The notes: generated by a model not told the origin, from the letters alone. Counted from the first letter of the stretch, positions 1 through 9,272 are shown. The stretch: DNA of 53,869 nucleotides from a virus (IMGVR_UViG_3300028410_000014:1-53869), one strand, 5' to 3'. A program made the numbers and translations.

Positions 1-99
1 TTGTAAGGTACAGACAGGAAGCTCCGGTTTTGGCTCGTCGACTGGTGTCGAACATGTAAGGAGACATGATCTCTTCTAATGTTTGCATTTGTTTATCGA

Positions 100-429
100 T
101 CATTTTCTCATATTCCATTTGGCTCTCGAAATTGCGGTGGCACTGCAATGCTGGCACCCTACCTCATCAATGTGAAAATAAAGATCTTCGCTACCGCAGA
201 AAGGGCAATCCCGCAGCGGGCCTTCCGGCAGTTCTCGCCAATGTGTGACAGTGTCAACTGCCCAATATTCAGTGTTGCCACAGTCATACTTAAATTTATT
301 TGGTTGAGCAACAAAATACATAACATGCATCGACTCATTTTCGACAGGCCAAACCAACACATGCTTGTTGAAATCAGGCTTTTCATCGTTTATATCAATC
401 CAGCTCGTGTTTACCTCAAGTTTTATCAT
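100..429 (-). CDS. DUF551-like domain fused to Lar-type zinc finger
   Basis: WIDINDEKP...VLV...VTHWRELP (DUF551 pattern) followed by LRDCPFCGS...CQHC (Lar-like CxxC pairs). Confidence 0.6.
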   Translation of the reverse strand: MIKLEVNTSWIDINDEKPDFNKHVLVWPVENESMHVMYFVAQPNKFKYDCGNTEYWAVDTVTHWRELPEGPLRDCPFCGSEDLYFHIDEVGCQHCSATAISRAKWNMRK

Positions 430-773
430 TATAAATTACTCGCTATGATTGCGGCCATACGGACACCTTCTTCTGTGATCGGGTCCATATAGGCGGGACC
501 ATTTTTAGGGTACAATGTGACGAAGTGGCCGCGGGGATCAAACCCACGCTCTGTCATCTTATTGACCCAGTCTTGGGGCAACGCATAATCAAATGTTTCC
601 GGCTTGAAATCCGAAGTGCACTTGATTGTTATTGTACTCTTTAAGTTAGGCTGAGAAGATATAAAGCCATGCGTTACTGTATCTTGTTTTGCATGCTGTA
701 CAATCTGAACGTCTTCTACTTTAATTTTTCCGGTTTGAATGAGATTGTTCATTTTGTCAATTAGATGTTTCAT
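429..773 (-). CDS. hypothetical protein
   Basis: Tiles with neighbours through start/stop overlaps. Confidence 0.65.
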   Translation of the reverse strand: MKHLIDKMNNLIQTGKIKVEDVQIVQHAKQDTVTHGFISSQPNLKSTITIKCTSDFKPETFDYALPQDWVNKMTERGFDPRGHFVTLYPKNGPAYMDPITEEGVRMAAIIASNL

Positions 774-1555
774 TCAACGTCCCTCAACTTGAATGGAGCT
801 TGTTCAGCAAATTTTATAACTTGCCATTCATCGTGCTGCTTTACCGCAAAAGCTCGATTTTCTAAGTAAATGCAACTGCACCATTGCGCGCTGGTAACCC
901 ATTTTATTTCACCCTCCCATTTAAATTCCGGCATTATGTCTTCCCAGCCTTCCAGTAAATCGACCCCTCTGTCAAGCTTACTGATTATAGGCCCTTCCAG
1001 GAAGTATACAACGCCATCAGTGTCGAATAGAATTTTAGTCCCGTCTTGTAACCGCATTTTCTTCATGACAGCAGCCTCACGTATTTTCGACCCTTCAAAT
1101 TTGTCTCTCCAATACTCTACATTTGCTTTAAGAGGCTGGGTGTGAGTGTTGAGCCTTTGGAACTTTTTTTCGTTAATGTTCTTTTTGGTCAATTCAAAAA
1201 CTTCTGCTTTGAGCTGCGCATTCTCTTGTTCAAGAAACTCATTTGGGACACTCATCCCGGACACCATGTTTTCGATTTGATCGACTATCTCTACTGTTTC
1301 TTTAAGAATTTTGAAATTTGGGGAAGTTGCCTTGTAATGTTTTTCCCAAATATCGACCGTCAATCTGACTAACGCGTCGTGAGCTGACGGGCTGTACCCC
1401 ATCTTGGCTATTGTTTCCTGCAGCTCCTTGATAACCACTTGCAGCGACTCAGGCCAAACCTCTGGACAAGCTAATTCATCTTCATCACTCCTGGCTTCAT
1501 CATACTTGTGTTCTTCGCGTTCGTAAGCCTCATCACTGTCAATTAAATGTCCCAT
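770..1555 (-). CDS. hypothetical protein with central coiled coil
   Basis: 261-aa ORF, overlaps both neighbours; LEQENAQLKAEVFELTK heptads. Confidence 0.7.
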   Translation of the reverse strand: MGHLIDSDEAYEREEHKYDEARSDEDELACPEVWPESLQVVIKELQETIAKMGYSPSAHDALVRLTVDIWEKHYKATSPNFKILKETVEIVDQIENMVSGMSVPNEFLEQENAQLKAEVFELTKKNINEKKFQRLNTHTQPLKANVEYWRDKFEGSKIREAAVMKKMRLQDGTKILFDTDGVVYFLEGPIISKLDRGVDLLEGWEDIMPEFKWEGEIKWVTSAQWCSCIYLENRAFAVKQHDEWQVIKFAEQAPFKLRDVE

Positions 1556-1839
1556 TATTTTAACGCCTCGTCAGCAAGTTTCAGCAAAGGCTCAATCTTC
1601 TCTATCTTCTCATCAAGCCTCGTAACAGCACAGACCAACGCGTCGTGCAAGTTGTCAGAGTCTTCATTGAAGATTGTGCCCATTTCAATGAAGACTTGTC
1701 CCTCTGACTTATTGAGAAACTGCAGCTTGCCACTGAAGGCCCCGGTCTCGTTAAGTGTGGCATGTATTGCCATATTATATTTAGCCTTAAGGCGTAATAG
1801 CCTTTCGTACTCGGCAATCGCGTCTTTTAACTTTTTCAT
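1555..1839 (-). CDS. hypothetical protein
   Basis: Coupled to both neighbours. Confidence 0.65.
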   Translation of the reverse strand: MKKLKDAIAEYERLLRLKAKYNMAIHATLNETGAFSGKLQFLNKSEGQVFIEMGTIFNEDSDNLHDALVCAVTRLDEKIEKIEPLLKLADEALK

Positions 1840-2036
1840 TTGTATTCCTCATAAGCAAGTTTTATGAAAAGTGCAGCAAAGATGCCTAATGACAATATCA
1901 TAATTGCCAAAATTGTTTTCGGAAAAGTTGCAACCAAAGCACCTAAGACAAAAGCACCTAGTGTTATCAGTGAGGCTCCGCCTGTGAACGTAATTGCTGC
2001 ATTTTTTCTCCACATTCTCTCAAGTAATTCTATCAT
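1836..2036 (-). CDS. small two-TM membrane protein directly downstream of the RT
   Basis: Two hydrophobic stretches; start overlaps the RT stop (ATGA). Confidence 0.65.
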   Translation of the reverse strand: MIELLERMWRKNAAITFTGGASLITLGAFVLGALVATFPKTILAIMILSLGIFAALFIKLAYEEYK

Positions 2037-3937
2037 AAGCGACTCATGCTGTAGTTGAACAGTTCATATTTTTCTCCCGGAAGTACAGGAGGCAGCTTCA
2101 CTTCAAAATTAAACATAGACAATTGCCCTCTGCGATACTGCCTTTTAATAATACCGGCAATAAATCGCGACTTATTGGGATTGTCTGACAGCAATCGCAG
2201 CGCGCTATCCACTACTACTTGCGCCTCTCCCGAGTTTTTGGTGCGAACTAAGTAAAGGTATTGCAGAGTGCTCAAAATTGGCCACTGTAACCCTGGACGA
2301 AACCAGTCAAAGCTGAACTCAAACTGCTTGTAGCGCATGATATAAAATTCAATGTCATTGGCATCCATATCTCTCTTGATCATATGCGCATTGTCGCGAA
2401 TTGTTTCCTCGTATGTTTTTGACAAATTGTAAAAATACGTAGCTCTTTTAACACCTATGAAGTTGTGCCCGTTCTCGTTCTTGATGTAATTAACGTCCAT
2501 CATTTCAGTTATGCTGTCTCCATGGTGTGTTGCCATCTTGACAATAGCAATCATCACAGGCTTTTCAAGAATACTCTGAACGGGTGTCAGGATAATATCT
2601 CTGCCGTTTGCTTCAAAACACTCAAGTTTGTCCCTGTAGCTATGCAGCACAAGGCTGTACACCAAGTTGACCTGAGCATCCGTCATTGAAGCTATTGCGA
2701 CATTGAAGCTGCTCATGCCCAGCCTGAAAATGATTTGCTGATAAGAATGCAACAGCTCTTCAGAAAGCTCTTCTGTAAAGTCTTTATTCACCTCCGGTAG
2801 TATGTCAAAATAGTTTATAGTGGGCAGTCTCACCAGACCTTTTAGAGCCAAATCTTGCATCGTGCTTTTAACGCTGGTCTTGGCAGCACTCAGATCAAAC
2901 CCGTAAGTCGCCTTCATAAACATTTTGAAGTCTTCCAGCAAGTCATGAGCCTGATTTTCTCTGCCTTTACAGAAAATATAAATGTCATCAATATATGACA
3001 CAATCTCATAATAGGGATGCCTGCCCATCTTCTCTTTGGAAGTGTTGATAAACTCAGTCAGCATTTGCCCCATCAGAATGTTGGCGAGGTAATGCTGGTA
3101 ATTACTCTCAATGGTGAGACCATTTTTAGCGTCTGCTGGATCCCCATCTTTATCAATGTATGTGAACTTCAGCAAATTTCCCAAGAAAATAGCTTCCTTG
3201 GACGATCCGAACAATTTTGAGAATATCTTGACAAGCTCCTCAATCTTGATATTGCTGAAGTACTTAACGAGATCCGTTGCCACCAAATGCGTGCTTTCTT
3301 TTCTCAGTTTTTTGCAGTGCTGTTCCATCAGATTGTATTCGTGAATGTAGGGGATAAAATCCCCTTTGGACGTTGTGCGCGGGCCGTATACGTGTACCTT
3401 TTCACTTACATTCTCGTTTAACCACTGGGCAATTGTGCGAGAGCGCCTGTGCAGCATAGAAGCAATCAACATCTCGTTGAGGGCCGGTTTCATAACAAAC
3501 TCGCGCACCTCTTCAGTGGCTTTGTCCGAGTTTTTCGGCACCGAGCGGCTCTTTCGAAAGGCCACCAGAGGCCCAACCTCCGCCAAAAATGTCTGGGCCT
3601 GACTCAGGGCATCCTGCAGCCGAGAAGCGTTGGAGAGGTGATACACACGTCCGTTAAGGGTGACCGATGCGCTGGTCAGCTTGTTTCTTGTGATGTCGCC
3701 GAAGGTCATCTTCAGCAAATTAGCCACGGCTTCTCTGTATTCTTCAATTACATACTCAATGCTGTAGCTGTTCTCCACGGCTTTGTTCACCAGGGCACAG
3801 AACTCCCTGCTGTTGAAGTGGATACGTTCAAATTCACTTAAGTGATCATACTGAATGCTGTGTTTCACATTGTGCTCCAGACTCTCACGGCCTTCGCGCA
3901 AAGAAAATGTTGTGAACAAGCTTGAATATCTAGACAT
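2033..3937 (-). CDS. reverse transcriptase-family polymerase (Abi/UG-like size and layout)
   Basis: RT motifs in order: VPKN..R...KP, TDLVKYFSNI, GLTIESNYQHYLAN, SYIDDIYIF (YIDD at 2984-2995), GFDLSAAKT; about 270-aa C-terminal extension. Confidence 0.88.
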   Translation of the reverse strand: MSRYSSLFTTFSLREGRESLEHNVKHSIQYDHLSEFERIHFNSREFCALVNKAVENSYSIEYVIEEYREAVANLLKMTFGDITRNKLTSASVTLNGRVYHLSNASRLQDALSQAQTFLAEVGPLVAFRKSRSVPKNSDKATEEVREFVMKPALNEMLIASMLHRRSRTIAQWLNENVSEKVHVYGPRTTSKGDFIPYIHEYNLMEQHCKKLRKESTHLVATDLVKYFSNIKIEELVKIFSKLFGSSKEAIFLGNLLKFTYIDKDGDPADAKNGLTIESNYQHYLANILMGQMLTEFINTSKEKMGRHPYYEIVSYIDDIYIFCKGRENQAHDLLEDFKMFMKATYGFDLSAAKTSVKSTMQDLALKGLVRLPTINYFDILPEVNKDFTEELSEELLHSYQQIIFRLGMSSFNVAIASMTDAQVNLVYSLVLHSYRDKLECFEANGRDIILTPVQSILEKPVMIAIVKMATHHGDSITEMMDVNYIKNENGHNFIGVKRATYFYNLSKTYEETIRDNAHMIKRDMDANDIEFYIMRYKQFEFSFDWFRPGLQWPILSTLQYLYLVRTKNSGEAQVVVDSALRLLSDNPNKSRFIAGIIKRQYRRGQLSMFNFEVKLPPVLPGEKYELFNYSMSRL

Positions 3938-4133
3938 TGATGAATCCTCTTAGGTAAAATTCCATAAGATCATGATCAAATTCCGCCTCAGTGTATTCGA
4001 GGCAGAATTTTGATCCGAACAACTTAAAAACTTCTTTACGACCGCCTTCAACAACTGCGACGCAATCCTTGTCAAAGATTACACCGTCAATTAAATGCAT
4101 GTGTGCTTGCCCGAATGTTACGTAAGTTTTCAT
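3930..4133 (-). CDS. hypothetical protein directly upstream of the RT
   Basis: Overlaps the RT start by 8 nt. Confidence 0.65.
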   Translation of the reverse strand: MKTYVTFGQAHMHLIDGVIFDKDCVAVVEGGRKEVFKLFGSKFCLEYTEAEFDHDLMEFYLRGFINV

Positions 4134-4471
4134 TCAGGGACTCTCCTGTAGTACAATGAAGGCACATCGCAAATACACTTACCGACATGCCGTTTGCATT
4201 CGAGGCAAACACCTTTGACATTATGACAAGGCGCACTGAACTCAACAGCACCGCAATTCATACACATCTGTTCCTCTCTATTACATACCAGATCAGCAGC
4301 TTCATCTTGATCTTCTGAATGAAAGTCATCACAAGTGTGCAGGACATGCTCATTAATAACTTCCCTGCGAAATCTGAATGTAACAGGCTGCTCATCAACA
4401 GCGGCCAGCACATCATGGAGGTGCTCTATTTGTTGAAGAGCCGAAGGAAATACATTTTGACGAATGCACAT
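4130..4471 (-). CDS. Cys-rich hypothetical protein
   Basis: CMNC, CLEC, CIC clusters; ATGA overlap with next gene. Confidence 0.55.
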   Translation of the reverse strand: MCIRQNVFPSALQQIEHLHDVLAAVDEQPVTFRFRREVINEHVLHTCDDFHSEDQDEAADLVCNREEQMCMNCGAVEFSAPCHNVKGVCLECKRHVGKCICDVPSLYYRRVPE

Positions 4472-4644
4472 ACTGTAAACCAGTTGAGTTTGCCTTATTG
4501 CTTTTATTCGTTTTTCTTCAGTCAGAATGCGTCAAGTCTCCTTGTAGATGTTGCGGCAAAAATACACCGACTGAGTTGAAACGAAGCCTACTGCTTTTGA
4601 CACATTTTTCACTAACTCTACGATTTGGTTCTCTTGAATTTCAA

Positions 4645-4989
4645 TCATTGCGGATTATACCTTTTGTGATTAAGACGATGGATTAAGCAAAGCTTGATAA
4701 ACATTTCTCTGGCCTTTTTAAGAGAAGTCACAGACTTTAAATACAAAGTTTTGCCATCTAATCCTATGTGAATTATGTAACGGTTCACGTGATTCTCAAT
4801 GCCTAGAGAGCCTGTCATTGTCAGCCGCTTGTCTCCTCTTTCAGCAACTTCTTTCAATCCCTGAGAAAAGGCGGCTTCAGTAAGCCACCCCTCTACTGTG
4901 TATCGATACTCGTTATCCTTTCTGTTGCTCAATGTATTGCTCCACTGAAACGTCTGACATGTAGTCCTCACACAAGGACTGGCATTCAC
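4645..4989 (-). CDS. hypothetical protein (start uncertain)
   Basis: Open frame fills the gap between neighbours; called start overlaps upstream gene. Confidence 0.4.
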   Translation of the reverse strand: MNASPCVRTTCQTFQWSNTLSNRKDNEYRYTVEGWLTEAAFSQGLKEVAERGDKRLTMTGSLGIENHVNRYIIHIGLDGKTLYLKSVTSLKKAREMFIKLCLIHRLNHKRYNPQ

Positions 4990-5215
4990 TGAGTGCTTTC
5001 TCTAAAGGAAGCTTTTCTGAAACTATTTTGATCAATTCAAGAGGGTCATCGTCGACATGATAATCACGCAAAGTGCAATAAAAAATTAAAGCGCCTCTAT
5101 TGTCAAACTCAAAGCTGATGCCAATATTATTGGTCTCAAAAAACTCACAATGCCCTTCGTACACGTGTTCAACTTGTCTGCCATTTGGTCTTACAAACTC
5201 TACTAATTTAAGCAT
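4913..5215 (-). CDS. hypothetical protein
   Basis: GAGGA Shine-Dalgarno upstream of ATG. Confidence 0.65.
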   Translation of the reverse strand: MLKLVEFVRPNGRQVEHVYEGHCEFFETNNIGISFEFDNRGALIFYCTLRDYHVDDDPLELIKIVSEKLPLEKALSECQSLCEDYMSDVSVEQYIEQQKG

Positions 5216-5272
5216 TCTTTAAATCCTCTATAACTCGCTGCATGTTAACTACTCGCCTCTCCAGTTCAGCTA

Positions 5273-5665
5273 TTAAAGCTTCGGTACGTGCGGGATCTTC
5301 ATCTTCGGGACTGTAGGGTTTACACGCACCGGGGCCACCTCTTCTGGTACTCTTAGCTTATCAAGCGCAGCTCCGATGGCCTCAGCTTCTTCGGCTGCAC
5401 TGTAGACTGGCTTCTCCTCTGCGCATGTCTCAAGCTCTGTGAGATACCCCATGTTAACTTTCTGGAAAACCCATTTGTAATTGTATGGACCTGTTGCCTG
5501 ACTTGTCTCATGCACTTCCAGGATGCGGGCAATCTTCAGGCCGTTGGCCGGATGCGCCACCACAATGTCTCCAAAGGACAGAGTCAAGGCCAGGTCTAGA
5601 GGGCATAAGAAAGTATAAGGCTTATCTTCACCGGAAAAATGCGCGCTTACTGTTGTGTTACTCAT
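5273..5665 (-). CDS. hypothetical phage protein with Pro/Lys-rich C-terminus
   Basis: KPYTF...GDIVV...YKWVFQKV pattern; ATG at 5665 preferred. Confidence 0.65.
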   Translation of the reverse strand: MSNTTVSAHFSGEDKPYTFLCPLDLALTLSFGDIVVAHPANGLKIARILEVHETSQATGPYNYKWVFQKVNMGYLTELETCAEEKPVYSAAEEAEAIGAALDKLRVPEEVAPVRVNPTVPKMKIPHVPKL

Positions 5666-5807
5666 CTTCAAATTTCACCTTTCTGAATGTGTAGTGGTAT
5701 TCATGGAGATTTTTTCTTTTTAAAAAATGTATTAGGTAGCTTTCTCTCTTATTTCTCATAAAGTAAAAGTCTAAGGGAAACTTTTTATTTACAGACAAGA
5801 CATACAT
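5658..5807 (-). CDS. small hypothetical protein (49 aa, below ORF-track cutoff)
   Basis: AAGGTG upstream of ATG; MYVLSVNKKFPLDFYFMRNK...KFEDE fills the gap. Confidence 0.45.
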   Translation of the reverse strand: MYVLSVNKKFPLDFYFMRNKRESYLIHFLKRKNLHEYHYTFRKVKFEDE

Positions 5808-5828
5808 AAGACACCTTTTGATTTTAAA

Positions 5829-5852
5829 CCCCCCAACCGTCAGGTCAGGGGC
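5829..5852 (-). terminator. GC-rich hairpin (terminator or processing site)
   Basis: CCCCTGACC-TGAC-GGTTGGGG just after the 5858 stop; near-identical to 6892-6915. Confidence 0.55.
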
Positions 5853-5857
5853 AATAC

Positions 5858-6079
5858 TCAGTAGGCGCGTTTGGACATTGCCTGCTTATTTACTGCGTTT
5901 GCATACGCTTCTTCAGAGGACTCAGTCAAAGCTTCTTTTTCTTCAGCTAGACCTTGCTTGTCATTCAGGAGTTTAGCGTAGGCTTCACCCACGAGTTTTG
6001 TACTGGCATCGTGATCGCCATAATCTTTGACGATCTGCTCGCCCAACATCACTTTATCTTCACTGTATTTGTACATCAT
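5858..6079 (-). CDS. hypothetical protein
   Basis: AGGAG Shine-Dalgarno; followed by hairpin. Confidence 0.65.
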   Translation of the reverse strand: MMYKYSEDKVMLGEQIVKDYGDHDASTKLVGEAYAKLLNDKQGLAEEKEALTESSEEAYANAVNKQAMSKRAY

Positions 6080-6419
6080 TTCTCCTGAGAATTAAGATTG
6101 GTTCATCTTCATTGGTGCTCACAAGGATCACCTTCCTACGTACTGAGATTGCCAACAGTACATTCTTGTCAAGGATATACTCACACTCCAGCAGATCCAT
6201 TATGATTCTACTATTGGGGTCTGAAGATCTTAATTCAATTGTGCCTAAAGAACACAACTCATTCAAACAAACAGCCTGGACTAGATACTGCATACTCTGC
6301 TTCCTTGATACGCTTGAATTGGTTGTGTGCCGCACTGAACATAGCGCAGATGTCTTTATCTTCTGGATACTCAAAGGCTGCCAGCAGATACTCTTCATTT
6401 CCTCTGAATTCAATGCCAA
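6060..6419 (-). CDS. hypothetical protein (true start probably further downstream)
   Basis: C-terminal part fills the gap below 6259; N-terminal part overlaps another ORF. Confidence 0.4.
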   Translation of the reverse strand: MALNSEEMKSICWQPLSIQKIKTSALCSVRHTTNSSVSRKQSMQYLVQAVCLNELCSLGTIELRSSDPNSRIIMDLLECEYILDKNVLLAISVRRKVILVSTNEDEPILILRRNDVQIQ

Positions 6420-6495
6420 GCAGACGGGCCTGTTTGCGCACCATAATGTCCAGAGTTTCTCTTTTACTGGCCTTTGAAAAAAGTTTCCTATACAT
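6259..6495 (-). CDS. hypothetical protein
   Basis: Overlaps upstream stop. Confidence 0.55.
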   Translation of the reverse strand: MYRKLFSKASKRETLDIMVRKQARLLGIEFRGNEEYLLAAFEYPEDKDICAMFSAAHNQFKRIKEAEYAVSSPGCLFE

Positions 6496-6865
6496 TTGTT
6501 GTCATTTCCTGTATTTGTTTTTTGACAATCGATGAGCTTTTGAGGATATCTGCGGCAAACACGCGTTTCTTACTACGAAATAAGTAAGATGTCATAAAGC
6601 CTCGGGACAGCTCGTTACAGAGCGCAGTGTAAGCGGTTTCAGCATCCATTTTAACACGAAGCCACTTATCCCCTCTGTGCCTGTGGATTAACAAATTGTT
6701 ATCCTTGTTAAGCCCAGGCTTTATTATCAACGCGCCTGTATTGACATCTGCTAACAGCATGTCACCTCTTTCTTTAACTTCTGTAAGTAGCTTGGAATTA
6801 CATAAGCGCCCACGAGCACTTACTATCAAATACTCAGTACCATCGTAATCAACAAAAATTGCCAT
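6488..6865 (-). CDS. hypothetical protein
   Basis: GGAGG before ATG at 6865; the track's start at 6898 lies inside a terminator stem. Confidence 0.65.
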   Translation of the reverse strand: MAIFVDYDGTEYLIVSARGRLCNSKLLTEVKERGDMLLADVNTGALIIKPGLNKDNNLLIHRHRGDKWLRVKMDAETAYTALCNELSRGFMTSYLFRSKKRVFAADILKSSSIVKKQIQEMTTNV

Positions 6866-6885
6866 TGCAGCCTCCAAAGTTGCGT

Positions 6886-6914
6886 AAAAAGCCCCCAACC
6901 GTTAGGTCAGGGGC
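6886..6914 (-). terminator. intrinsic terminator
   Basis: GCCCCTGACC-TAAC-GGTTGGGGGC followed by TTTTT. Confidence 0.75.
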
Positions 6915-7003
6915 ATGCAGATTTAGACAAGTCTAGGCTCTACGGGCCTTCCCATTCATTGCGCCAAGCAAACATTACATCCGCTTGACGCGGTAATGGT
7001 TAT

Positions 7004-7564
7004 TTACTTAGCAGCTTCTTTCTCTGCCTTGACTTTTGCACGATGCAAGGCCAGACCTTCCATAGCCTGCGGTGAAACTTCACGCTTCACTTTACCGGCT
7101 TCAAAGGCGGCTTCGATAGTCTCAGCGTTCTGGGCAACCCAATCTGCGGCGTCCACATTGTCGGGTCCAAGCATGTCAACCAAGAGTTCTTTGATGGCGG
7201 CTTCTTTTTCGTCAGCGTCAAGACGCTTCTGACCGGGCCACTTGAAAGACTTTGCGACGTCTTCGTAGTGAGCAACGAGAAATGCGAATTTAGGCTCATC
7301 TTTATGCTGTTCAACGACAGCTTCCAGCGCCTTAGTCAGCTTATTACGCTCACTCTTGGTCACACGCTTAACGGTGCCTGTGCCGAAGATTTGTGCCAAT
7401 TCTTCTTTCTTTTCCAACAACCAGTCCGACATCTGCTCATTACCGGCAGTGGCTGTCATCAGAGCCGCACGAATTTTCGGTGCACGACCGTGATCAACTG
7501 CTTCCGCTTTGGTGTTGAAAAGAGTACCGTCTGCTGCTTGGAATACTGGCTTAACTTCGCTCAT
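7004..7564 (-). CDS. hypothetical protein, probably its own transcription unit
   Basis: 186 aa, Ala/Lys/Glu-rich; promoter motif upstream and terminator downstream. Confidence 0.8.
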   Translation of the reverse strand: MSEVKPVFQAADGTLFNTKAEAVDHGRAPKIRAALMTATAGNEQMSDWLLEKKEELAQIFGTGTVKRVTKSERNKLTKALEAVVEQHKDEPKFAFLVAHYEDVAKSFKWPGQKRLDADEKEAAIKELLVDMLGPDNVDAADWVAQNAETIEAAFEAGKVKREVSPQAMEGLALHRAKVKAEKEAAK

Positions 7565-7632
7565 TTTTAAATCCTTGATGATTATGATGGACTCGCATTA
7601 TTGCCAGCCCTATTTTTACTACGTCTTCTGGG

Positions 7633-7645
7633 TTAATTTAACGGG
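7633..7645 (-). promoter_or_regulatory. candidate phage RNAP promoter, class 2 (CCCGTTARATTAA)
   Basis: Same 13-mer in intergenic DNA at 23081-23093 and 50280-50292, same orientation. Confidence 0.65.
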
Positions 7646-7702
7646 GTCGCAACCCATGTCCTGCATGGCTCCGTCACAACTTGTGGCACGACTTTGAAAA
7701 AC

Positions 7703-7945
7703 TCACTTATTTCTGTTAGCCTCTATTTCACCAACTCTTCCGCCGGATTTGCTCCGGAAGGCACCTTTAGCATTGCCTGTGGGCCAACCCGTTGCACCTA
7801 CGAAAGCAGACAGCCTCTCAGTCGCAACGGCGTGGGCGGCGTAACAGCGCACCTGTCGGGCTTTGAACTCCGCCAGAGATTCTTCGGGTTTGCATCTCAG
7901 GTCTACACACTTTTTACCCTCGATACAGGCTTTACACTCTATCAT
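7703..7945 (-). CDS. hypothetical protein
   Basis: Tiles with neighbour; N-terminal Cys cluster. Confidence 0.5.
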   Translation of the reverse strand: MIECKACIEGKKCVDLRCKPEESLAEFKARQVRCYAAHAVATERLSAFVGATGWPTGNAKGAFRSKSGGRVGEIEANRNK

Positions 7946-8318
7946 ATAATAGCTCCTTCACTAACTCTTCTTCAAGAACTTTGGGATAAGCAAAGTCGGT
8001 ACACTTACGTTGCCATCCCCATTTACCTGATGTGAAATCCCCACTTTTAGGTTGAAAGAAGCGAGGACGGTGATACTTTAAGCAAGACATATGCATTTGA
8101 TCTGCACTTGGCTTGCCGAAGACACAGTCGTCGCAATGTCTCATTATTGCTTGTTTGGACTTAGGTAGTTTGTCAAACACTTCCTGCATATAAATTGTGG
8201 TCGCAACTCTGCTTTGCAAAAACTTTTGAAGCTTTATCTTTGCCTTATGCTCACAGTCGGCGCACATTTCGTCAAAGGATAACAATTGTGCAACATTCCC
8301 GCAATCTTCACAGATCAT
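7932..8318 (-). CDS. Cys-rich hypothetical protein
   Basis: CEDC, CADC, CDDC motifs. Confidence 0.6.
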   Translation of the reverse strand: MICEDCGNVAQLLSFDEMCADCEHKAKIKLQKFLQSRVATTIYMQEVFDKLPKSKQAIMRHCDDCVFGKPSADQMHMSCLKYHRPRFFQPKSGDFTSGKWGWQRKCTDFAYPKVLEEELVKELLYDRV

Positions 8319-8623
8319 ATTTCCCCCTTAATCTCAAGTCTGTTACCGTTCACTCTTGCACGGCCTCTGAAGATGAAGACACTGGGGATGATAAAGTCCC
8401 CCACCCTAGGAAAAAGTTGGCAAGCAGCCTCGCACTCGCTTGTCATTTGCCATCTGGGATTGCCAAACGCATCAACAAAGATAACGCCTTCTACAAGACC
8501 TTTGACAGCTTCGCAGACTATTAACTTTACATAGCTCCTTTGAATGCCTGCCTGTTTTGCTGCGGCGGCAGGTGTGTTACCTCTCCCAATCACTCCTGCC
8601 TCTGTGACAACTAAGTATCGCAT
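8315..8623 (-). CDS. hypothetical protein
   Basis: Overlapping tiling. Confidence 0.6.
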   Translation of the reverse strand: MRYLVVTEAGVIGRGNTPAAAAKQAGIQRSYVKLIVCEAVKGLVEGVIFVDAFGNPRWQMTSECEAACQLFPRVGDFIIPSVFIFRGRARVNGNRLEIKGEI

Positions 8624-8850
8624 GCGGTGTCCTTCAAGTGAAGTCGGTATTTGCGCTTGTAAAAAGCCGCCTCTCGCCTTGAGTGTCTCTTGACTTTCCT
8701 TTCGATAAGCGCGCTCCTTCTAGTGATTTCTGAATTCACCTCTTCCATGACTTCTTTAGAATACTTGAATTCAAGAAGCGAAACAACTTCAAGAAGGAGC
8801 GCATCTAGTTCATTTTTCCAAGTTGTCTCTGCTTTCATACCAAGCCTCAA
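8611..8850 (-). CDS. hypothetical protein
   Basis: Overlapping tiling. Confidence 0.5.
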   Translation of the reverse strand: MRLGMKAETTWKNELDALLLEVVSLLEFKYSKEVMEEVNSEITRRSALIERKVKRHSRREAAFYKRKYRLHLKDTACDT

Positions 8851-9055
8851 TTTTGTTTACTATGTGATCAGGAGCATTCAATCTACGCATGTACCTGCGC
8901 ACCATTACTTTCACCTCTTGAGAATCTGGCTCAGCATCCCAGATAGAATCATATTTGCTTGTGCTGATCTTCAACGGCAGCGACGCCCAATCACCGACAA
9001 TCAAACGGATATGCGTTGAATCTACCTTCCTTATGAAGAACGGTGCGTCATTCAT
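8810..9055 (-). CDS. hypothetical protein
   Basis: Overlapping tiling. Confidence 0.55.
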   Translation of the reverse strand: MNDAPFFIRKVDSTHIRLIVGDWASLPLKISTSKYDSIWDAEPDSQEVKVMVRRYMRRLNAPDHIVNKIEAWYESRDNLEK

Positions 9056-9272
9056 TTAATTTAGCCTTAAAATCTTCGATGCATTTATTGTAGCTATGCT
9101 TATAGCCAAAGTCGTAAAGGCTTGCATGTTCATCACAAGGCCACAGCTTCTCTTGTAAGCAGTCAACTCTGACAAAGGGTTGATACATAAAGTGAAACAT
9201 AGGGTCAAGGTCTGTTACAATTTCGGCAGGCACAGCTAAGTTTTGCCAAAGTACTACTATGTTCTCTTCCAT
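9048..9272 (-). CDS. hypothetical protein
   Basis: GGAGGA Shine-Dalgarno. Confidence 0.65.
   Translation of the reverse strand: MEENIVVLWQNLAVPAEIVTDLDPMFHFMYQPFVRVDCLQEKLWPCDEHASLYDFGYKHSYNKCIEDFKAKLNE

Noticed and set aside
2033-3937. DGR, retron or group II intron interpretation of the RT
   Set aside because: No TR/VR pair or Avd-like gene seen in the window, no intergenic space for msr/msd or intron RNA, no YADD or retron VTG motif, and the length is atypical for DGR. A partner outside the window cannot be excluded.
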